A stretch of 64,000 nt of DNA from Nitrospirota bacterium (GCA_963840455.1 CAWIYV010000014.1:288001-352000), one strand, 5' to 3'. Counted from the first letter of the stretch, positions 19,141 to 28,587 are shown. Translations and numbers: made by a program. The notes: a model not told the origin generated them from the sequence alone.

Positions 19141-19151
19141 AGCATCAGCAC

Positions 19152-19189
19152 GGAAAAGGCGGTCCAATGACCGCCTTTTCCATTTTTTT
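19152..19189 (+). terminator. Rho-independent terminator
   Basis: 13-bp perfect stem GGAAAAGGCGGTC/GACCGCCTTTTCC, CAAT loop, T-tract. Confidence 0.8.
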
Positions 19190-19308
19190 AGCCCGGGCAC
19201 GGTCTGTTTCGTTCCATCCGATTCTGGTATATAATATATCCATATATTTGTGCTATGGCCTTCTCCGGCGGGGCTGTGAGTTTCGATGATGGATGAGGGG
19301 GAGTTTGC

Positions 19309-20049
19309 ATGAAGCAGAGCCCATGGCAGGTCATCCTGGCAATCACGCTCATGGCGGCCGCGTCGCTGCTCTATTACCTCCAGATCGCCATCTTCCATGC
19401 AGAGCGGGATACGTTCTTCTACCTCTTCCAGGACCTTGCCTTTGTCCCCATCCAGGTCCTGCTCGTGACCTTCATCGTCGACCGGTTTCTGCGCATCCGC
19501 GAGCGTAGGGCGTTGCTGAAGAAGCTGAACATGGTCATCGGAGCGTTCTTCAGCGAGGTGGGCACGAAGCTGCTGAAACACTTTGTCGTCTACGATACCG
19601 ATGCCGGATCGCTCGGCGCAAAGCTCATCGTGACCGGGGCGTGGACGGATGAACAGTTCGACAGCGCGGTCCAGGACCTGAAGGCACACCGGGTCGCCAT
19701 GGACTGCACGCGGGGCGACCTGGCCGAGCTCAAACACTTCGTGACCGCACGCCGGGGCTTTCTGCTCCGTCTTCTCGAGAACCAGAACCTCCTCGAACAC
19801 GAGACCTTCACCGAGCTCCTGTGGGCAGTGTTCCACCTCATGGAGGAACTGGATTCGCGCGAGGACGTCCGGGCGCTGCCGCGGCTCGACTGCGACCATA
19901 TCGCCGGTGACATCAAGCGCGCCTATGTGATCCTGCTGATCGAATGGCTGTCCTATATGCGGCATCTTAAGAACGAGTACCCCTATCTGTTCTCGCTGGC
20001 GGTCAGGACCAATCCCTTCGATCCGAGGGCCTCGGTCGAGGTGAAGTAG
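19309..20049 (+). CDS. Conserved hypothetical protein (2 TM plus soluble domain)
   Basis: DLAFVPIQVLLVT, KLNMVIGAFFSEVG, LLENQNLLEHE.FT, YPYLFSLA.RTNPF; genome-like codon usage. Confidence 0.75.
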   Translation: MKQSPWQVILAITLMAAASLLYYLQIAIFHAERDTFFYLFQDLAFVPIQVLLVTFIVDRFLRIRERRALLKKLNMVIGAFFSEVGTKLLKHFVVYDTDAGSLGAKLIVTGAWTDEQFDSAVQDLKAHRVAMDCTRGDLAELKHFVTARRGFLLRLLENQNLLEHETFTELLWAVFHLMEELDSREDVRALPRLDCDHIAGDIKRAYVILLIEWLSYMRHLKNEYPYLFSLAVRTNPFDPRASVEVK

Positions 20050-20072
20050 TTCAGGGGAAGGAGCGTGCCACG

Positions 20073-20927
20073 ATGCAGGTGATCGAGTTCCTCCAGCGTC
20101 AGTCCAAGCGATGCATCGTGTCGGCGGGGGTCGTCCAGGTCCTTGTCCTCTGGATCATCGACTATGTTACCGGCCCTGATTTTTCCTTCGTGGTGTTCTA
20201 CCTTTTCCCCGTTTTTCTCGTCACCTGGTTCGCGGGCAAACAAGCGGGCATCGCTATATCACTGATGAGCGGCATCGCCTGGTTCGTGGCCGACGTGCTC
20301 ACCGCGCCGGCCGACGTCACTGTCGCGATCCCTTACCTCAATCTCGTGACCAAACTCGGTTTCTTCCTCGTCGTGAACTTTACGATCTCGTCACTGAAGG
20401 TCTCATTGGAGCGGGAGCGGGAGATGGCGAGGACGGACTACCTGACCCGGGTGGCAAACTCCCGCTATTTTGCCGAGATCGCGTCCAACGAAATCAAGCG
20501 GGCGGGCAGGTACCTCCATCCCTTCACGGTCGCCTATCTCGATATCGACGATTTTAAATCGGTGAACGACCGGTGGGGGCACAGCACGGGCGATCAACTT
20601 CTCGCGCTGGTCGCGGACACGATCAGGAACAATATTCGCGCCACTGACTCGATCGCCAGGCTCGGAGGGGACGAATTCGTGTTCTTGCTGCCGGAGACCG
20701 GCTATGACGCGGCCTCCGTGGTCATACAGAAGGTCCACCAGAGCCTGCTGGCCGCCATGGGCAGGAAGGGATGGCCGGTGACGTTCAGCATCGGCGTCGT
20801 GACCTTCCGCACACCGCCGGACTCTGTGGACGGCATGATCAGGGTCGCGGACGCGTTCATGTATTCCGTGAAGCACTCGGGGAAGAACAGGATCCAGCAC
20901 CAGGAGATCGAGTACCAGGCAGCGTGA
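20073..20927 (+). CDS. Membrane-bound diguanylate cyclase (GGDEF)
   Basis: N-terminal TM helices; D.LT...N, LDIDDFK.VND, RxxD I-site (RATD), RLGGDEF. Confidence 0.9.
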   Translation: MQVIEFLQRQSKRCIVSAGVVQVLVLWIIDYVTGPDFSFVVFYLFPVFLVTWFAGKQAGIAISLMSGIAWFVADVLTAPADVTVAIPYLNLVTKLGFFLVVNFTISSLKVSLEREREMARTDYLTRVANSRYFAEIASNEIKRAGRYLHPFTVAYLDIDDFKSVNDRWGHSTGDQLLALVADTIRNNIRATDSIARLGGDEFVFLLPETGYDAASVVIQKVHQSLLAAMGRKGWPVTFSIGVVTFRTPPDSVDGMIRVADAFMYSVKHSGKNRIQHQEIEYQAA

Positions 20928-21005
20928 TCATGCCGCCTGGTACCCGATGTTCGTTCGGCGGGGAGCTACGCGGACCGGTCAGGTCGAACAACCGGCCCCG
21001 TAATG

Positions 21006-22199
21006 CTAGTTCTTGAAGATTACCGGATAGCCCTTCGACAAGGTGTCCATGCTTTTTTGTACGAACGCTGTTGCTGTACGCGCTTTCACGATAATGACCA
21101 GTACCTCGCCGACCGGGTGTCTGACGCCTGTAGACGGGTTCGGTTGGCTCATCACGATGAACCGGTCTCCGGGGTCAACGCCGTCCTCTTTTCCTTTATC
21201 CAGATAGACAATGTCCGATTGTCCGCTGATGGACTTCCGATCCGGCACCTCGAGGATGTAGCCGGTGAGGTTCTTTGCCTGTGTTTTCTGCTTGGACGGG
21301 TAGATCAGCGTCGGCTCCTGGTAGGGGGCAAGCATGTTCCCTCTCATGGCGGCATCGAAGGATTGCGTGATACGGGCTGTATAGACGCCCCGTTCCTTTG
21401 TCCCCGTGACCTTCGCGACCCCGTTGATCTTGTATAGCTTTCCGTAGTCGCGGTGGGTGATCGGGTGTTTTACCTTGCGGACCTCCTCGAAGATCAGGAA
21501 CCGGTCCCCAATGTTGACCGCTTCACGGGAGCGGACAACGATGTAAACTTCATAGTCAGCCCCGATGATGTTGCCTACCTCGTTCTTGCGGGCAGGGTCT
21601 ACCACGGAGTCCTGCAGGTAGTCCTGGCTGGACTCCTCGCTGACGAATCCCGCGCTGAGCATGGCATATTTGTCAATGACCGGTCTGTCGGCCTCTTCGG
21701 GCAGAATGAGCTTGCCGCCCCGATCCGGTTCTGCAGACTCGGCCGGTTTTTGCCGGAAGAAAGACGGGATTCCCGTCTCTACCGGCGGAGCGGCAGCCGC
21801 CGGCTTCTCTATGGCCTTTTCCTGGACAGGTGTCGCTTCCTCCGGTGCGTTCATTGCCCGTTCTACCGGCGCGAGGCTCGGGATGACCAGGGCATTGCCG
21901 GGATAGATAAGGTCGGGGTCGTTGATGGATGGATTCGATTTCCAGATGAGCGGCCAGAGGAAGGGATCGCGGTAGAAGGCATTCGCGATGTCCCAGAGCG
22001 TATCGCCCTGCCGGATCTCGTATCGTCCCGTTTGCTCAGACGCTGGCGACTGCGTACCTGCGGCGGCCGGCTGCTGGGGAGGCGCCGGCGTGACCGCTGC
22101 CGGCTCCTGGAGCCACGCTGTTGCGGGGAACATCGCGATGACAAGAAGGATAAGAGCGCTCCGTATTGCTCGGACTGACGGGTTCGACCTGCTGGTCAT
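21006..22199 (-). CDS. LysM peptidoglycan-binding exported protein
   Basis: Signal peptide; YEIRQGDTLWDIA...WPLIW..N..I.DPDLIYPG; C-terminal VYLDKG..DGV..G. Confidence 0.88.
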   Translation of the reverse strand: MTSRSNPSVRAIRSALILLVIAMFPATAWLQEPAAVTPAPPQQPAAAGTQSPASEQTGRYEIRQGDTLWDIANAFYRDPFLWPLIWKSNPSINDPDLIYPGNALVIPSLAPVERAMNAPEEATPVQEKAIEKPAAAAPPVETGIPSFFRQKPAESAEPDRGGKLILPEEADRPVIDKYAMLSAGFVSEESSQDYLQDSVVDPARKNEVGNIIGADYEVYIVVRSREAVNIGDRFLIFEEVRKVKHPITHRDYGKLYKINGVAKVTGTKERGVYTARITQSFDAAMRGNMLAPYQEPTLIYPSKQKTQAKNLTGYILEVPDRKSISGQSDIVYLDKGKEDGVDPGDRFIVMSQPNPSTGVRHPVGEVLVIIVKARTATAFVQKSMDTLSKGYPVIFKN

Positions 22200-22212
22200 G
22201 GTACCTGCCTCC

Positions 22213-22581
22213 TTACGGCTGGCTTTTTACTACGGGCTTTTTTTCTTTTTCTTCGCCTTTTATTTTTCCGGTTTCTTCTCCGGCGCGACCTGCTGTGCGG
22301 ATGCGGGTTTTGAGATGATCAGGGGCGCCGGCGGGGGAGCGGTGCATTGTTCTTCCAGCGTCTTGACCTTGGTGGAGAGCGCTTGAACGATGGTAGATTG
22401 ATCGTCCACTTTTCTCCGGGTATCGTTCTGGTCCTTCTGAAGTTCGAGCAATTGTTTCTGCAGGATCGAGATCTATTCTTTGACGGGATCGACCGGCGGG
22501 GCGTGTCGCCGGAGCGCACGCGGCAAACATGAACACGGTAGGCGCCAGCAAGTTCGCTGAGACGCGCTGGGTATCTGTCAT
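22213..22581 (-). pseudogene. Disrupted lipoprotein/coiled-coil gene (pseudogene or sequence errors)
   Basis: Lipobox-like FAACAP. After a frame change: PPVDPVKE*ISILQKQLLELQK... with an internal TAG. A further frame change precedes the Lys-rich tail. Confidence 0.45.
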
Positions 22582-22725
22582 CCTTCTCCCTTGCCGACCG
22601 TCGATCTCGGCATATCTGCATATCATATATTTCGTTAAAGATAGCCGAGAAACCTCTTGTTTGTCAAGAGAAATTCAAAAGCAAGCCTTGCTTTTGAAAG
22701 ACCTTTTTGGTATCCTGCACCTGCC

Positions 22726-24894
22726 ATGAACACCACCGAACGAGCGGGGAACACGGGCCTCAAGGGCATCATCACTGTGACCGTTCTCCTGCTGCTTTCC
22801 GCGGCTGCCATCCTTCTCCAGATCAAGTACCGCGGGTTCGAGGGGCCGCTCTCGGACAACCTTCTCATCCTCATCCTCATCAACGCGAATTTTCTGCTGC
22901 TTGCCGCGGTCATCTTCCTGATCGGACGGAGCCTCTGGAAGCTTTCCGTGGAGCGAAGGAGCAAGGTCCTCGGCGCAAAATTCCGCACCAAACTGGTCAC
23001 TGCATTCGTCAGTCTCTCGTTCATCCCCACCATCCTGCTTTTCATCATTGGAAGCGGCATGTATACCCGGGGTATCGAGCGGCTTTTCAGCCTCCGGCTC
23101 GAGTCCGCGCTCCAGGGCTCGGTCTCGGTCTCCCAGTCCTATTACGACCGCTTGAAAAGCCAGGCCCTCGCCTTCGGGCGGCAGATCAGCCGGCAGATCG
23201 CCGATGAGCGGATGGCATCCCGCTTTGACGTGCCGGTGCTCAGAGAATATCTCGGGAAAAAGGCGGCAGAATACGGGATCGGTGCCGTCGAGCTCTTCGG
23301 CGAAGGACGGACGTCTATTGCCCGTGCCGTTACCGATCAGTTCCCCGGCAGGACCTTCATCGCGACGCCGGCAGAAGTCATCGCCCGCGCCTTTGCTTCC
23401 GAGGAAATGACGATGGTAAGCGACCTGGGCAAGAAAGGGGAGATCATCCGGGCCGTGGTGCCGCTGTATCCGGAGGACACGAACGGTCGCATCGCCGGGG
23501 CCGTGGCAGTAAGCTACTTTATCCCTTCGAGCCTCGCTCATAAAGTGGATGAGATCCAGGCGGGCTATGCCGAATATCGTTCCTCCTTCAAGAGCAAGCA
23601 GCTCCTGAAGATGTCCTACCGGTTGGGTTTTCTCGCCGTCATGCTGACACTGCTGCTCGCGGCCATCTGGGTCGCCCTCCGTGTTGCGGCGGGCATCACG
23701 GTGCCGATCCGCAAGCTGGCGGAGGGGACCGAGGAAGTGGCTCGGGGCAATCTGGAATACCGGATCGAGGACCAGTCCGGTGACGAGGTCGGGATGCTCG
23801 TGGCGTCGTTCAACCGGATGACCGCTGACCTCAAGGACTCCCGTGAGCGGCTCCAGCAGGAGGCCACCAACCGGGAGATCATCCTGACCAATATCGATGC
23901 CGGCGTCGTATCCATGGACCGCGCCGGAAGGATCACGACCATCAATCCGGCGGCGTCGCATATTCTGGGCATCCAGGCCGGGGACGTGATCGGTAAACGG
24001 TACGACGAGGCCTTCGGGTTCATCGACCTGGGGCCCATCCGGAACCTCTTCCGGAAATTGGAAGAGGGGCACGGGAGCGCCGAGGAGGAGCTTTCGCTCA
24101 TCGTACGGGGGCGGACGCTGATCCTTCGGATGCGTGTTTCGACGATCGGAGACGCTTCGGGAGCGTTCCTGGGGTCCGTCATCACCTTCGACGACCTGAC
24201 GGAGCTCCTCCGGGCCAAGCAGGCCGAGACCTGGCAGGATGTGGCGCGGAAGATCGCCCATGAGGTGAAGAATCCCCTGACCCCCATCAAGCTTTCCGCC
24301 GAGCGGCTCCGGAAAAAATATCTCGAGAAGGCGCCGGACTTCGACCGGATATTCGACGAGTCGAGCCAGACGATCATCCAGCAGGTGGACGGGCTGAAGG
24401 GCCTTCTGGACGAGTTCGCCGAGTTCGCCCGCATGCCCCGACCCAATCCCGTTCCCCAGCGGCTCGAACCCGTGATCGACAGCGTGATCCAGCTTTACGC
24501 CGCCGCTCACAAGGAGGTGCGGTTCACGAAGGATATCCCGGCGGACCTTCCCGACCTTCCCCTTGATCAGGAGCAGATGAAACGGGTCTTCATCAATCTC
24601 TTCAAGAACGCCATCGAGGTCCTGGAGGGAGGCGGGGATATCCGGGTTACCGCGCGGTCCGCGGTCAACGACGGCATGGTGCGGATCGAGGTTGCCGACA
24701 GCGGCCCGGGGATATCGGTGGAGGATGTGTCGCGGCTCTTCGAACCCTATTTTTCACGGAAAAAGAAGGGCGGAGGGCTCGGTCTCGCCATCGTCGAGCG
24801 GATCATCGCTGACCACAACGGCTCGATCCACGCCGAGCAGAATCAGCCCCACGGCGCCCGGTTCATCATGGAGCTGCCATTGAAAAGATCGTAG
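22726..24894 (+). CDS. NtrY-like sensor histidine kinase (TM-HAMP-PAS-HisKA-HATPase)
   Basis: GAKFRTKL, DEVG.L..SFN.M, WQDVARKIAHEVKNPLTPIKLSAERL, ADSGPG, GLGLAIV. Confidence 0.88.
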   Translation: MNTTERAGNTGLKGIITVTVLLLLSAAAILLQIKYRGFEGPLSDNLLILILINANFLLLAAVIFLIGRSLWKLSVERRSKVLGAKFRTKLVTAFVSLSFIPTILLFIIGSGMYTRGIERLFSLRLESALQGSVSVSQSYYDRLKSQALAFGRQISRQIADERMASRFDVPVLREYLGKKAAEYGIGAVELFGEGRTSIARAVTDQFPGRTFIATPAEVIARAFASEEMTMVSDLGKKGEIIRAVVPLYPEDTNGRIAGAVAVSYFIPSSLAHKVDEIQAGYAEYRSSFKSKQLLKMSYRLGFLAVMLTLLLAAIWVALRVAAGITVPIRKLAEGTEEVARGNLEYRIEDQSGDEVGMLVASFNRMTADLKDSRERLQQEATNREIILTNIDAGVVSMDRAGRITTINPAASHILGIQAGDVIGKRYDEAFGFIDLGPIRNLFRKLEEGHGSAEEELSLIVRGRTLILRMRVSTIGDASGAFLGSVITFDDLTELLRAKQAETWQDVARKIAHEVKNPLTPIKLSAERLRKKYLEKAPDFDRIFDESSQTIIQQVDGLKGLLDEFAEFARMPRPNPVPQRLEPVIDSVIQLYAAAHKEVRFTKDIPADLPDLPLDQEQMKRVFINLFKNAIEVLEGGGDIRVTARSAVNDGMVRIEVADSGPGISVEDVSRLFEPYFSRKKKGGGLGLAIVERIIADHNGSIHAEQNQPHGARFIMELPLKRS

Positions 24895-24978
24895 CACCAA
24901 TGCGGAGCGCGGAGTATCCGGTCCTGCCGCTTTCGTTCCTGTTCCACACGTCACACTTATCGTGAAGGAGGTTTTCGC

Positions 24979-25350
24979 TTGGATACTGCATCGATCGTTC
25001 TCCTGAGCCTGTTCGGGCTGTTCCTGCTGGTCAGGCTCTTCGGCTACCTCGGCCGTCTCGGGATCAAACAGATCACGGCACGGGAACTGGACCAGATGAA
25101 GGGCATGACCATGCTCGATACCCGTACGGACAAGGAGTACAAACAGGGGCATATTCCCGGCGCCATCCATATCGAACTGAGCGACGTGGGGAACAAAGCG
25201 AAGAAGCTCCGAAAGGACAAGGACCTGGTTGTTTACTGTCAGAACGGGAACCGGAGCATCTGGGCCATCAAGCGTCTCATGGGCATGGGATTCACCAGCC
25301 TCTACAATCTCAAGGGCGGCTATAGTGCCTGGAAGAGAATACATCGCTGA
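24979..25350 (+). CDS. Membrane-anchored rhodanese domain protein
   Basis: N-terminal TM; GHIPGAIHI, YCQNGNRS, NLKGGY.AW; TTG start after AAGGAGG. Confidence 0.85.
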   Translation: MDTASIVLLSLFGLFLLVRLFGYLGRLGIKQITARELDQMKGMTMLDTRTDKEYKQGHIPGAIHIELSDVGNKAKKLRKDKDLVVYCQNGNRSIWAIKRLMGMGFTSLYNLKGGYSAWKRIHR

Positions 25351-25978
25351 TCTCAAGAGGGATTACCGGGCCAAGAAGCGCGCCATCGAAAAACGGCTCT
25401 CCGAGTTCCGTGCCGTCTACGACCGGGGTGACGAAGCGATCTTCGAGGAGCTTTGCTTCTGCATCCTGACCGCGGGCAGCAGCGCCCGCATGGGCATGCT
25501 CACCATCGCTGCGCTCCGCGATATCCTCCTGACGGGAAGCGAAAAGGAACTGCAGCAGCGGGCAGGGAAACACCGGGTGCGGTTCTGGCGCCTGCGGCCG
25601 TCGTACATCCATTGTACCCGCGAGCACCTGAAGGAGACCTGCAGCCTGCGGCTCAGGGACCTGCTGGAGTCCTTTGATGACCCGATCGCGCGCAGGGATT
25701 TCCTGGCGAAGAACAAGGCGATCAAGGGCCTGGGTTATAAAGAGTCGAGCCACTTCCTGCGGAACATCGGCTTCCGGGGCTACGCGATCCTGGACAAGCA
25801 CATCGTGAACAGCCTCCGGGAGATGGGCGTGATCGGCAAACGGCTCAAGCCGACCAGCCGGAAAGGCTACCTGGCCATCGAGAAGAAACTTGCCCGTTTC
25901 GCCGAAGATATTGGCATCGACATGGACCACCTGGACCTCCTGCTGTGGTCGAGGAAGACGGGTGAGATATTGAAGTAG
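25325..25978 (+). CDS. ogg: N-glycosylase/DNA lyase (Ogg2-type 8-oxoguanine DNA glycosylase)
   Basis: FEELCFCILTA, KGLGYKESSHFLRNIG (HhH), AILDKHI, LDLLLWS..TGEILK C-terminus. GTG start assumed. Confidence 0.85.
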   Translation: MPGREYIADLKRDYRAKKRAIEKRLSEFRAVYDRGDEAIFEELCFCILTAGSSARMGMLTIAALRDILLTGSEKELQQRAGKHRVRFWRLRPSYIHCTREHLKETCSLRLRDLLESFDDPIARRDFLAKNKAIKGLGYKESSHFLRNIGFRGYAILDKHIVNSLREMGVIGKRLKPTSRKGYLAIEKKLARFAEDIGIDMDHLDLLLWSRKTGEILK

Positions 25979-25980
25979 AA

Positions 25981-26020
25981 CAGTAGAGGGTAGGTAGTAG
26001 GTAGTATATGGTAGGTAGGG
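25981..26020 (+). repeat. Left heptamer array (AGTAGGT-like) of the four-helix-bundle module
   Basis: CAGTAGAGGGTAGGTAGTAGGTAGTATATGGTAGGTAGG; inverted partner at 26410-26440. Confidence 0.7.
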
Positions 26021-26041
26021 AAGAGCAAAAGGGGATCAAAC

Positions 26042-26404
26042 ATGCGGCAAAAGGCCGAGAAATTTGAAGACCTGGAAGTGTGGCAGAAGGCGCACGGGTT
26101 GGTCCTCGAAACGTATAAAATTACCAAGATGTTTCCGAACGATGAAAAGTTCGGTTTAGTGTCGCAGATGCGGAGAGCTGCCGTGTCGGTCGCAGCGAAT
26201 ATAGCGGAAGGCTTCAAGAAGCGGGGAGTCAGGGATAAAGCGAATTTCTACAACATCGCCCAGGGGTCCTCGGAAGAGTTGCGATACTATTTTACATTGG
26301 CGAAGGACCTCGGGTATATAAGCACAAATGATCATTTCATGCAGGAGATCGAGGCCGTCGGCAAGATGCTCAGTAGCTTGATGAGCGCGATATTAGCACG
26401 ATAA
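26042..26404 (+). CDS. Four-helix-bundle protein (23S rRNA IVS/S23-like, TIGR02436-type)
   Basis: FEDLEVWQKAH, FP.DEKFGLVSQMRRAAVSV.ANIAEG, IAQGS..EL.Y...LA.DLGY; lower GC than flanks. Confidence 0.92.
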   Translation: MRQKAEKFEDLEVWQKAHGLVLETYKITKMFPNDEKFGLVSQMRRAAVSVAANIAEGFKKRGVRDKANFYNIAQGSSEELRYYFTLAKDLGYISTNDHFMQEIEAVGKMLSSLMSAILAR

Positions 26405-26409
26405 TTTCC

Positions 26410-26440
26410 CCCTATGCTGCCTACCACCTACTGTCTACTC
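26410..26440 (-). repeat. Right (inverted) heptamer array of the four-helix-bundle module
   Basis: CCTATGCTGCCTACCACCTACTGTCTACTC; its reverse complement resembles the left array. Confidence 0.65.
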
Positions 26441-26462
26441 CGGCTTTTCATGAGAAAAGCCA

Positions 26463-26759
26463 ATGTCTGACAAGGGCCTGAAAAAAGCCGTCATCATTGG
26501 CGCGGCGCTCGGCGCTGTCGTGACTCTCGGCGCTGCCATCTCGATGGATTATGTGCTGTCCAGCTCCCTGCAGGGTACGTGGCGGGACGCGGCGGTCAAG
26601 GACGTGACGAAGATGTTCGGCCCGTCCTGCGGCCAGAACTGGTTCGCCGTCACCTTGGTCCTTGTGGTGGTCATGGGATTCCTTGCCGGATTCGGCGCCA
26701 TGCTCGGCGCCATCGCCGGGACCATCATGAACCGTTTCTTCAAGCTCATCTTGAAATGA
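26463..26759 (+). CDS. Hypothetical small membrane protein
   Basis: 98 aa, 2-3 hydrophobic segments, genome-like codon usage; its TGA stop is the first bases of a MITE copy. Confidence 0.7.
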   Translation: MSDKGLKKAVIIGAALGAVVTLGAAISMDYVLSSSLQGTWRDAAVKDVTKMFGPSCGQNWFAVTLVLVVVMGFLAGFGAMLGAIAGTIMNRFFKLILK

Positions 26760-26873
26760 ATCCAGGAGTGAGCTCATTCCCCGTAGCTTGCTGCGGGGTT
26801 AGCGAACGATTAGAATAAATAGTTCTACCTTGAGGATCGAAGATTCCCTGCAGCTTGCTGCAGGGAGCTTCAA
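26757..26873 (-). mobile_element. Full copy of the ~117-bp double-hairpin MITE
   Basis: Colinear with 18403-18519, with few substitutions. Confidence 0.8.
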
Positions 26874-27122
26874 TCCTGCCTGATTCAGGACTTTTTTCAT
26901 AACAGCAACCGTTACTTTTTCATTCCTACCACTGATTCCGTCAGATCTTCCACTTATATCTTCTCAAGTTCAGGTCCTGTCTGGAAGTGTATGCTTCAAC
27001 CAGTAGACTAGCATTGTAATGGATGGCAGATTTTCACCATCTACAAGGCTGCAATTTCAGTCAGACGCAACTATCATCGAATACTGGTTGAAACATGCAC
27101 AGGAAAGAGCACCTCCCTATTC

Positions 27123-27584
27123 TTACTTTGTAGACCAACTCAGCCCGTCTCCTAATTCCAACTTGAGAGCGAGGAGCGATTGATTGATGTCATGAATAAA
27201 TGCAATCAGAGACCCGATCAGCGCCGCCAGGCAGCCCATAAACAGGAGGAGAATCAACCAGCCCGCATCCCAACGCAATAACGCGGCAAAAAACAAGCTG
27301 ATGATCAGCAAGGCCGCCAACAACACGCTGAGCAAAGCCAGGATGATGGCCCGGCGAAGGAGATAAGCGCGTCTGTGTAAAATCTGCAGTTGCGCTTCCG
27401 TCCGGTTATGATCCGCCTGAGCCTCGGCGCGCAGTGCGAGCTGCAGCTCGCGGGCACGGTCGATCACGCGGCCGAAACGGTTGGTCATGCTCAGGAGTAG
27501 CAAACCTACCCCAGAGATCAAGATCACCGGGCCGATCGCAATTTGCAGCACCGGTATAAGTTCAGACACGGAGGGAATGGACAT
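27123..27584 (-). CDS. DUF2721-family membrane protein
   Basis: IAIGPVILISGVGLLLLSMTNRFGRVIDRAR motif. Confidence 0.85.
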   Translation of the reverse strand: MSIPSVSELIPVLQIAIGPVILISGVGLLLLSMTNRFGRVIDRARELQLALRAEAQADHNRTEAQLQILHRRAYLLRRAIILALLSVLLAALLIISLFFAALLRWDAGWLILLLFMGCLAALIGSLIAFIHDINQSLLALKLELGDGLSWSTK

Positions 27585-27736
27585 ACCCGCCTCTTTTCAG
27601 TCAGTTCAGCAAACCAACAAGATATCGGTTCGAAATACCGTAGCATAGACCAAATGCAGGGTCAATGAATTTGAAAAAAAACATGACTTATCAAGCTGAA
27701 TTAATGAGACTTTGACCGAAAGACCAATATCCAATT

Positions 27737-27895
27737 TATGGAATAGTAAACAAAATAAATTAATATGCAGATATGGAATAGCTTATAAGAGGAGTTTCGA
27801 TGCAACCTATTCCGGATGACCTTCTGACGTAGTTTAATTCGGTTTTGAGCAGAAGGTGTCCCATCCTCATTGCGTGATGACTATCGGAATGGTCC
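27737..27895 (+). pseudogene. Possible decayed integron-integrase 5' end with upstream direct repeats
   Basis: TATGGAATAG twice (27737, 27772), AAGAGGAG RBS, ATG at 27800, MQPIPDDLLT*FNSVL, then VPSSLRDDYR after frame shifts. Confidence 0.3.
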
Positions 27896-28043
27896 GTTGA
27901 GAATCAGGCCTGGAAAGCTGGAATGTTGACCCCCTTCAGCCTGTAGCCTGCACTGTGTGGTGATCTGGCCCGACACTCGTCTTCAGGAAGTATATCGTGC
28001 TGCAAATTTCAATCCGTATTCTACACTAAATTCCATAAGGACT

Positions 28044-28457
28044 TTAAGTATCTAGGAGGGTGTCGTCAACTTCAGACCTGGTGTCGTTCTCGTCCGCCGT
28101 CTTCTCTCCTTCTAACCGCTCGTATTGTTCGCCGTTCAAAGCCGCGCCGCACTGAAGGCAGTACTCTATGCCCGTCCGGAGGGAGCGGACCTTACCCAAC
28201 TCGCTTCCGAAGTGCCGGCATCGATAGGTCATCGCTAACCTCGCGCCCCTTTGCTGGTTCAACAGTCGGATAGGGACCGACATGGTGGATCCACAGACGC
28301 AGCGCCGCATTTCCAGATCTTCGAAGAACTGAAGGCGCTTCCCCTCATGATACCCGGACTGAACACCATCATGAGTCAGTGCCGTCCAGGCGTCGCGGGA
28401 GTAGGATTTGCCGCAGGAGCAGGTTATCGGAAAGTCGAAGGGGCAATTCGGGTGCAT
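28044..28457 (-). CDS. Hypothetical Cys-rich (zinc-ribbon-like) protein
   Basis: CSCGKSY, RRCVCGST, CRH, YCLQCG; GGGAA upstream; candidate promoter at 28588-28617. Confidence 0.55.
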   Translation of the reverse strand: MHPNCPFDFPITCSCGKSYSRDAWTALTHDGVQSGYHEGKRLQFFEDLEMRRCVCGSTMSVPIRLLNQQRGARLAMTYRCRHFGSELGKVRSLRTGIEYCLQCGAALNGEQYERLEGEKTADENDTRSEVDDTLLDT

Positions 28458-28587
28458 GGGCGCGTTTCCCTGACGGACAGGGCTTCCAGCAGCGTGTCCG
28501 GTGCAATAGCAGCTCGCTTATTATCCCTGATACAGATAAGTCGGTAGTGAGATGTATCCGACAGGAACAGCTTCAGTCTATGAGATT

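Noticed and set aside
22470-22480. In-frame TAG as pyrrolysine
   Set aside because: The gene also needs frameshifts, and there is no pyl or methyltransferase context.
22675-24510. Long antisense ORFs (also 2813-4222, 42548-44161, 55562-57082)
   Set aside because: Shadow ORFs of GC-rich genes on the opposite strand; no recognisable motifs.
26880-27120. Possible gene remnant or ncRNA in an AT-rich spacer
   Set aside because: Multiple stops in the frame examined and no family or fold I could recognise.
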